From a virus (taxonomy: Duplodnaviria; Heunggongvirae; Uroviricota; Caudoviricetes): 64,000 nucleotides of DNA. The notes beneath the pieces are model-generated. The model was not told the origin of the DNA. It saw only the letters and a program-made list of their open reading frames with translations, and ran no database searches. Location of the stretch: IMG/VR virus record IMGVR_UViG_3300002834_000024, positions 160,001 through 224,000 of that record; one strand, written 5' to 3'. This document shows, in pieces, positions 58,832-64,000 of the stretch. Both the position numbers and the translations under genes were made by a program. The first letter of the stretch is position 1, and every line of letters begins with the position of its first letter.

Positions 58832-58840
58832 CAAAATTTT

Positions 58841-58932
58841 GGAGGTGTAACCCTAATGTGTAAGGGACTGGTCTTGAAAACCAGCAGTAATCATGTAAAA
58901 GTGATGTGTCAGTTCGAGTCTGACCACCTCCG
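58841..58932 (+). tRNA. tRNA-Ser (TGA)
   Basis: CTGGT-CTTGAAA-ACCAG; long variable arm. Confidence 0.9.
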
Positions 58933-58944
58933 CCTTAATAATGA

Positions 58945-58956
58945 GGTCTTTGACAT
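58945..58956 (+). promoter_or_regulatory. boxA-like antitermination element
   Basis: GGTCTTTGACAT resembles rrn boxA. Confidence 0.5.
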
Positions 58957-58972
58957 GTTGGTAAAAATAAAT

Positions 58973-59060
58973 GAGAGTGCGCTAGCGTTGGAGAGCTGGG
59001 ATGGGCTGTAACCCCATTGCCTTTAACAGGGCTTAGTAGGTTCGATTCCTACCACTCTCA
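58973..59060 (+). tRNA. tRNA-Tyr (GTA)
   Basis: ATGGG-CTGTAAC-CCCAT; long variable arm. Confidence 0.9.
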
Positions 59061-59065
59061 CATAT

Positions 59066-59140
59066 GGGAATATCGTATAGGTGGTTATTGTACGCTGGAC
59101 TGAAAATCCAGAGGCTGGGGTTCAACTCCCTGTGTTCCCA
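59066..59140 (+). tRNA. tRNA-Phe (GAA)
   Basis: CTGGA-CTGAAAA-TCCAG. Confidence 0.9.
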
Positions 59141-59150
59141 CAATAAGTGA

Positions 59151-59234
59151 GGGGATGTGGCGAAATTGGTAGTACGCATCGGGTTTAAGCCCCGATTCCC
59201 AAAAGGAGTGTCGGTTCGAGTCCGACCATCCTCA
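59151..59234 (+). tRNA. tRNA-Leu (TAA)
   Basis: TCGGG-TTTAAGC-CCCGA; variable arm. Confidence 0.92.
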
Positions 59235-59242
59235 CAACAAAT

Positions 59243-59327
59243 GGGGATATGGGGGAATTGGCAGACCCGCCTGTTTTAGGAACAGGTGCAGTAATGCGTG
59301 TGAGTTCGAGTCTCACTATCCCTACCA
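59243..59327 (+). tRNA. tRNA-Leu (TAG)
   Basis: CCTGT-TTTAGGA-ACAGG; encoded CCA. Confidence 0.93.
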
Positions 59328-59330
59328 AAT

Positions 59331-59401
59331 GTTCCATTAGCATAATGGTAGTGTACTGGTCTGCAAAACCAGGTGTATCCGTTCAATTCGGATATGGAAC
59401 T
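59331..59401 (+). tRNA. tRNA-Cys (GCA)
   Basis: CTGGT-CTGCAAA-ACCAG; U73. Confidence 0.92.
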
Positions 59402-59415
59402 CAAAAAATATTAAA

Positions 59416-59488
59416 GGGGCTGTCATATAGTTGGCTATTATGATAGATTTGCAATCTATTCACTGGGGTTCGAGACCCCACAGCTCCA
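59416..59488 (+). tRNA. tRNA-Ala (TGC)
   Basis: ATAGA-TTTGCAA-TCTAT; G3:U70. Confidence 0.92.
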
Positions 59489-59494
59489 CAAAAA

Positions 59495-59568
59495 GTTTCT
59501 GTATTTCAGTGGTTTAGAATGTTACTCTTACAAGGTAAAGGTCGTTGGTTCAAATCCAACCAGAAACA
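59495..59568 (+). tRNA. tRNA-Val (TAC)
   Basis: TTACT-CTTACAA-GGTAA. Confidence 0.92.
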
Positions 59569-59578
59569 CTCATAACAT

Positions 59579-59651
59579 TGGCACGTATATCAATGGTCAG
59601 ATTACCACCCTGATAAGGTGGGGGTTACTGGTTCAAGTCCAGTCGTGCCAA
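59579..59651 (+). tRNA. tRNA-Ile (GAT)
   Basis: CCACC-CTGATAA-GGTGG. Confidence 0.92.
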
Positions 59652-59666
59652 CTAAATTTTTTATAT

Positions 59667-59737
59667 AGGTACATGGTGTAATGGTAGCATTTTGGTCTCC
59701 AAAACCAACGATCAGGGTTCAAATCCTTGTGTACCTG
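59667..59737 (+). tRNA. tRNA-Trp (CCA)
   Basis: TTGGT-CTCCAAA-ACCAA; G73. Confidence 0.92.
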
Positions 59738-59743
59738 CTACAT

Positions 59744-59817
59744 GGTATCGCTGGTGTAATGGTTAGCATGGCACATTGTGAGTGTGTAGGTTAGGGGTTC
59801 AAGTCCCCTGCGATACC
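59744..59817 (+). tRNA. tRNA-His (GTG)
   Basis: GCACA-TTGTGAG-TGTGT; G-1:C73. Confidence 0.92.
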
Positions 59818-59823
59818 CAAATA

Positions 59824-59855
59824 TTTGGAAAACAATTTTAAAAACAGTATTTTTG
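59824..59855 (+). promoter_or_regulatory. Canonical Bacteroidota promoter TTTG-N20-TATTTTTG
   Basis: Matches the -33/-7 consensus and spacing, upstream of the lipoprotein gene. Confidence 0.65.
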
Positions 59856-59873
59856 TATTAAAATTTTAAAAAT

Positions 59874-60380
59874 ATGAATAAAAAAATGATTTTATTGTCA
59901 ATATTAATGACAAGTCTGTTTTATGGTTGTGGAAGTATGGGTAGTGTTGCTGTTAAAAATGTAAATTCATGTACATATAAAATTGTTAATACAACTTTTA
60001 TTTATGATTTGTTTGATAGTGATGAAGAATATGAAAATAAATTTAGGTTAATTAAATTAGCAATTTATGATATATTTCCTAATATGGATGGTAACACATT
60101 TTTATTTGATGATGAATTAAAAGTTATTCAAGGAAAAATGATTTATAATGTACATACAGATTCTTTTTTTGGAACAAAATATGAAGGGAGAAGTAATTTC
60201 AAAATTATTAATAATAAGATAACATTTAGTAATCCCGAAATATTTTTTTTACCATCTCGTTATAGTAGTGGTGGGTGGGAGAAAATACCAAATGAGGGAA
60301 CTATATCTGAAAAAACCGCATGTAATACAATAGATGTGTGGGAAAAAATGGTAATAAAACTTTTAGAAAACATAAAATGA
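59874..60380 (+). CDS. Lipoprotein
   Basis: MNKK plus hydrophobic core and LFYGC lipobox. Confidence 0.7.
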   Translation: MNKKMILLSILMTSLFYGCGSMGSVAVKNVNSCTYKIVNTTFIYDLFDSDEEYENKFRLIKLAIYDIFPNMDGNTFLFDDELKVIQGKMIYNVHTDSFFGTKYEGRSNFKIINNKITFSNPEIFFLPSRYSSGGWEKIPNEGTISEKTACNTIDVWEKMVIKLLENIK

Positions 60381-60385
60381 TTAAT

Positions 60386-60457
60386 GCTTCTGTAGTTCAA
60401 TGGCTAGAACATCTGCTTTGTAACCAGAAAATATCAGTTCGATTCTGATCAGAAGCT
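60386..60457 (+). tRNA. tRNA-Thr (TGT)
   Basis: TCTGC-TTTGTAA-CCAGA (31:39 mismatch); acceptor GCTTCTG/CAGAAGC. Confidence 0.88.
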
Positions 60458-60476
60458 CTCAATTTTTACCAACAAA

Positions 60477-60647
60477 ATGTCAAAAGAATTATATAATTGG
60501 TTAGAATTTCGTTTCAGACATGATAATTTAAAAAAATATCATAAATATTTTCAACAATGGGTTGATAATATAACTGAAAATCAAGTTCAAGGTTTTTATA
60601 ATCAATTTACCAGTTTCATAGGTCAAGATATAATTTGGAAACCATAA
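60477..60647 (+). CDS. Small hypothetical protein (56 aa, not in ORF track)
   Basis: MSKELYNWLEFRFRHDNLKKYHKYFQQWVDNITENQ... Confidence 0.6.
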   Translation: MSKELYNWLEFRFRHDNLKKYHKYFQQWVDNITENQVQGFYNQFTSFIGQDIIWKP

Positions 60648-60657
60648 TTTACCAACA

Positions 60658-60981
60658 ATGAAAAATTTCAATAAACTTAGAGAGGAAGAAAAATATATTT
60701 ATGAATCCATTATGGCAGCCAGAAAGGTTCAATCTTTTTTATGGGGCGAATTTGAAGAAACAAGTGCTGACATAGAAGAATTTTGTCGAATGTTTCGGAA
60801 AAGAGTTTCAAAAATTGATGAAATAGATTTTAATAATCCACATTATAAAATTGAATTAAAAAAGAGGGTACTTCAAATTTGTGCTATTGGTATTAATTTT
60901 ATCAATAAATTGGAAAATAATGACTTTCCTGAAAAACCACTATTACCATCTAATCTTTCAAACTATTCATTATCCAATTAA
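60658..60981 (+). CDS. Hypothetical helical protein (possibly MazG-like)
   Basis: LKKRVLQICAI resembles a MazG-type helix. Confidence 0.5.
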   Translation: MKNFNKLREEEKYIYESIMAARKVQSFLWGEFEETSADIEEFCRMFRKRVSKIDEIDFNNPHYKIELKKRVLQICAIGINFINKLENNDFPEKPLLPSNLSNYSLSN

Positions 60982-61032
60982 TTTTGTTAATTAATTTTAT
61001 TTTAAATATTTTTATATAAAATATTAATTTTT

Positions 61033-61500
61033 TTGGAAAAACAGCTTGATTATATATCAATATTTAAAGTACATAGTGTTGAACCCATTAAACCTTCAAA
61101 CTGTGATGGTACTATTCGTTACATTACATTGTGTATTACTTGTGATACCAAACCCAATGATACATCCTTTGATTCATTAAGAGTTCTTACAACCTCTAAA
61201 ATTCCAGATGCTTATCATGAAGGATTTACTACATTTGAGGAATATGAGGAAATACCTTTTAGAGTGATTACTACACTAATTCAATGTAATAAGATTGATG
61301 ACATATTTTATTTGGAACTTGATATGTCAAAACCATCTTGCGATATGGGTATTACAATTGATGGTTACATTGGTATTGATCCAAGAATTGATATTGATGT
61401 AAGTAACTTTTTAATAACTTCTAACCAAGATGTGTTTAATTCAAATACAATTACTTTTAATGAGGATTTTTTTAATAATATAAAAAACATAAAATTTTAA
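61033..61500 (+). CDS. Hypothetical protein ending FNNIKNIKF
   Basis: ORF with TTG start. Confidence 0.55.
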   Translation: MEKQLDYISIFKVHSVEPIKPSNCDGTIRYITLCITCDTKPNDTSFDSLRVLTTSKIPDAYHEGFTTFEEYEEIPFRVITTLIQCNKIDDIFYLELDMSKPSCDMGITIDGYIGIDPRIDIDVSNFLITSNQDVFNSNTITFNEDFFNNIKNIKF

Positions 61501-61898
61501 TGGAAGAACTATCAAATAATAAGATGGAAAAAGTAATGACTGAAACATGGGAAAAGTTTTTTCGTTGTATTTTTCAATCAAAGAAAAAAAGTTATGATAA
61601 TTATTCAGTTTATCAATCTTTATTAAAATTTTATTTTAAAGAATGTGTAGTTAAAAATTATAGTTTAGATTTTTATTTAAGTAACTTTCGGAAAATTAAA
61701 TTCATATATAAAACTTATGATGATATTTTTGATTTCATTGTTGCTGGTACATTGAATGATAGATTGGATTTTACTTTTTTCAAAAAAATTGGTAATATTG
61801 TAAAAGAAAATATTGAAATAGAGATGCAAAATAATAAAATAGAAATTTCAAAATTTGATGAAAATTACTTTAATAATATAAAAAACATAAAATTTTAA
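61500..61898 (+). CDS. Hypothetical protein ending FNNIKNIKF
   Basis: ORF with TAATG overlap. Confidence 0.55.
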   Translation: MEELSNNKMEKVMTETWEKFFRCIFQSKKKSYDNYSVYQSLLKFYFKECVVKNYSLDFYLSNFRKIKFIYKTYDDIFDFIVAGTLNDRLDFTFFKKIGNIVKENIEIEMQNNKIEISKFDENYFNNIKNIKF

Positions 61899-61902
61899 AA
61901 AG

Positions 61903-62295
61903 ATGAAAGACAATAACAAAGAAGCCAAAAAATTTGACTTAACAATTAGAAAATTAAAGGGAATTTTAAATTCCGAAACCATTAGTTTACCCACAAAAGT
62001 TCAGGCAACCGAATTATCAACATTGATTCAAGACTTATTCAAGGAGGAAAATGAAAATAATATAAAGTTATTGAAAGAACAATTGAGGGAACTTTTGAAG
62101 AAACATGTTCAATTAGAAAAGAGTGTTAAAGAAAAGGAAAAAGAATTAATTAAATTGAAAAAGGAAAAACAGGCTGAATTTGTTAAAGCATGTGATGACT
62201 TGTTTAATAAAATATCCGATATTGATACTCTTACTTCTCAATACGAAGATTCACTCAAAAGCGCAATTGTAGAAGAAGTTGATGAAGGATATTAA
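61903..62295 (+). CDS. Hypothetical coiled-coil protein
   Basis: ORF, Glu/Lys/Leu-rich. Confidence 0.6.
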   Translation: MKDNNKEAKKFDLTIRKLKGILNSETISLPTKVQATELSTLIQDLFKEENENNIKLLKEQLRELLKKHVQLEKSVKEKEKELIKLKKEKQAEFVKACDDLFNKISDIDTLTSQYEDSLKSAIVEEVDEGY

Positions 62296-62318
62296 AATCA
62301 AATTATCTAAAAAGTATT

Positions 62319-62360
62319 AAAAGGTTGTGAATAGTCATTTTTATTTCACAACCTTTTTTT
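62319..62360 (+). terminator. Intrinsic terminator
   Basis: AAAAGGTTGTGAA/TTCACAACCTTTT stem plus T run. Confidence 0.8.
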
Positions 62361-62404
62361 AACATCCAGTAAATATCTACCATATAATTTTTATTGTATT
62401 TTTG
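62359..62404 (+). promoter_or_regulatory. Bipartite promoter TTAACATCCAG-N27-TATTTTTG
   Basis: Conserved motif and spacing. Confidence 0.75.
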
Positions 62405-62431
62405 TAATACATTAAAAAAATACAATAAAAA

Positions 62432-62638
62432 ATGACTAATTTTTCAAGTACAACAACAATGTTATTGTTAAATACTGCTGCTGCATCAGCATCTAATAAT
62501 TCTTTGATAAGAACATCCAAAAATTCTAATCAAGATGATGATAACAAGATCACATTAACCAAAGCGATTATTATGATAGTATTAATTATTACTCTTTTTT
62601 CTTTATTTTTATGGATATTTTTAGAATTTATTATATAA
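62432..62638 (+). CDS. Small membrane protein
   Basis: C-terminal transmembrane helix; follows promoter. Confidence 0.55.
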   Translation: MTNFSSTTTMLLLNTAAASASNNSLIRTSKNSNQDDDNKITLTKAIIMIVLIITLFSLFLWIFLEFII

Positions 62639-62639
62639 T

Positions 62640-63068
62640 ATGGAATACATTGACAAAAGAATATTACAAAAAATAGCATATGTTCAAAATGAATTGGACA
62701 AATATGTTTATTTACGAAAAGATGATAAGGGATACTACATTGAGTATGCTTTTGCGGATATAGAAGAAAAATATCCTCATGATAATCGTTGTTTATCATG
62801 GTATGTAAAAAGGGATAATGATCCAACATTTGTATCAATGGAAGTTGATAAAATATATAGATTATCATCTTTTTCATGCTCACCAGATAGTGGTTGTTCA
62901 CCAGGTAATCCAAAATTGAATTGTGCATATTTGGCTGGCAATACAGAAAAATGGTCTTATGATGACCCAAAGAAATGTGCTTGTTGGCATTTAGAAACTC
63001 TTAATTTAGAAAAACATTCTTTTAGGTTAACATTTGAACAAGTAAAACGTTTATTTAACTTAATTTAA
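62640..63068 (+). CDS. Hypothetical protein
   Basis: ORF in operon. Confidence 0.6.
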   Translation: MEYIDKRILQKIAYVQNELDKYVYLRKDDKGYYIEYAFADIEEKYPHDNRCLSWYVKRDNDPTFVSMEVDKIYRLSSFSCSPDSGCSPGNPKLNCAYLAGNTEKWSYDDPKKCACWHLETLNLEKHSFRLTFEQVKRLFNLI

Positions 63069-63084
63069 AAAAATCAGTAATTTT

Positions 63085-63252
63085 ATGGAAAATAAAAAAG
63101 TAAAAATACAACGATTGGATGGACGTTACTATGAAGGTAGAAGTGCATGTGGTTTACAGATGTGGGGATACACAGGTAAAGAGTTCGATGAATCGGAACC
63201 ATTTTTAAAAACATTAAGTGAAAATAAAGAATATAAAATTATAAAGTTATGA
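63085..63252 (+). CDS. Small hypothetical protein (55 aa, not in ORF track)
   Basis: MENKKVKIQRLDGRYYEGRSACG...; ATGA overlap with the next gene. Confidence 0.55.
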   Translation: MENKKVKIQRLDGRYYEGRSACGLQMWGYTGKEFDESEPFLKTLSENKEYKIIKL

Positions 63253-63827
63253 GAAAAATTAGGTCTAATATTTTTGAAACAAACAGTTCTTCATCACATA
63301 GTTTTAGTATAAATACTGAAACTTTTGAATATGAAGGTAAATGGTTGTTAGAAGCCATTGAAAATGGAACTCTTATTTTGAGGGGCGGCGAGTATAGTTG
63401 GGGATATGAATTACTAGCTGAAAGTGTGGAAAAAGCAAATTATTGTGCTGTTGCATTTGAATATAACTGGCTTGAATATGATTACAAAAAAATGTTTAGA
63501 TCATATGAGACTGGCGATGTACGTGAAGTTGTTAAAAATATTTTTGAAGATGTTTTAAAAAGAGAACTGGGATGTACAGATATTAAATATGATTTCAGAA
63601 TAGATAGATGGACCGATAATGATTTGAATAATGAAGATGATGATATTAATTGGGCATACATTGACCATCAATCATGTGATGTTTTGTATCGAGGATTAAG
63701 AGATGCTGGGTGCATTACCAAATACAAAGATAATTTTAAGGTTAATAAAGAAAAGACAGATAAATTTTTTGTTGATCTTATTTTTAACAAAAATTCAACA
63801 ATTGAAGTATATAACGATAATGTTTAA
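63249..63827 (+). CDS. Phage protein with IR-x-x-x-FETNSSS-x-H N-terminal motif
   Basis: MRKIRSNIFETNSSSSHS; YIDHQS. Confidence 0.7.
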   Translation: MRKIRSNIFETNSSSSHSFSINTETFEYEGKWLLEAIENGTLILRGGEYSWGYELLAESVEKANYCAVAFEYNWLEYDYKKMFRSYETGDVREVVKNIFEDVLKRELGCTDIKYDFRIDRWTDNDLNNEDDDINWAYIDHQSCDVLYRGLRDAGCITKYKDNFKVNKEKTDKFFVDLIFNKNSTIEVYNDNV

Positions 63828-63841
63828 TAATTTATAAAGAA

Positions 63842-64000
63842 ATGGCAAAGAAAAAAGGATGCGGTTGTTTCATAGGCGGATTTGGCGTTGGTTCAGTCCT
63901 TGCTATGATATTAAGTTTTATGAAGTGGAACTCAATACTGTGGACATTGTTTCATGGTTGTCTTGGATGGATTTATGTTATTTATTATGTAATCTTTTTA
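63842..64000 (+). CDS. Small membrane protein, 3'-truncated by the window edge
   Basis: MAKKKGCGCFIGGFGVGSVLAMILSFMKWNSILWTLFHGCLGWIYVIYYVIFL. Confidence 0.6.
   Translation, partial: MAKKKGCGCFIGGFGVGSVLAMILSFMKWNSILWTLFHGCLGWIYVIYYVIFL

Noticed and set aside
58514-59443. Track ORFs 58514..58786, 58808..59011, 59249..59443
   Set aside because: They run through the terminator and tRNAs; the 58464..58574 frame has an ATG, an AT-rich leader and the compositional signal.
1-64000. Stop-codon reassignment (TAG to Gln, as in Lak and some crAss phages)
   Set aside because: Genes up to 3073 aa are uninterrupted in the standard code, coding density is high, and no CTA/TCA suppressor tRNA is present.

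Overview
A 64-kb, very AT-rich segment of a large (jumbo-type) tailed phage genome, read in the standard genetic code. The host is probably a Bacteroidota bacterium: TAnnTTTG -7 promoter boxes and AT-rich leaders without Shine-Dalgarno sites. Bases 1-26.9 kb hold a baseplate/tail operon of giant Cys-rich proteins, including a 3073-aa wedge-like protein whose 50 half-repeats parse as a bracket-balanced nested architecture. Bases 27-54 kb carry RuvC, primase, two DNA methyltransferases, Rad50/Mre11, a sigma70 factor, endonucleases and many probable head-packaged proteins, including ADP-ribosyltransferase-like paralogs. Bases 54.4-60.5 kb hold 25 tRNA or tRNA-like genes plus a SAM-lyase-like gene. 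The best candidate for a new system is here. The tRNAs form two operons that split the 20 amino acids into non-overlapping sets (E,N,P,G,D,K,R,Q and M,S,Y,F,L,C,A,V,I,W,H,T). Each operon is preceded by an unannotated leader-peptide ORF whose core uses almost only the amino acids of its own downstream tRNAs, followed by mutually exclusive antiterminator/terminator hairpins. This looks like ribosome-sensed attenuation that switches on phage tRNA supply when the cognate charged tRNAs run short. A third mini-leader (K/R/Q) sits before the Lys-Arg-Gln tRNAs. All protein family calls come from motif recognition by eye; no database searches were run.
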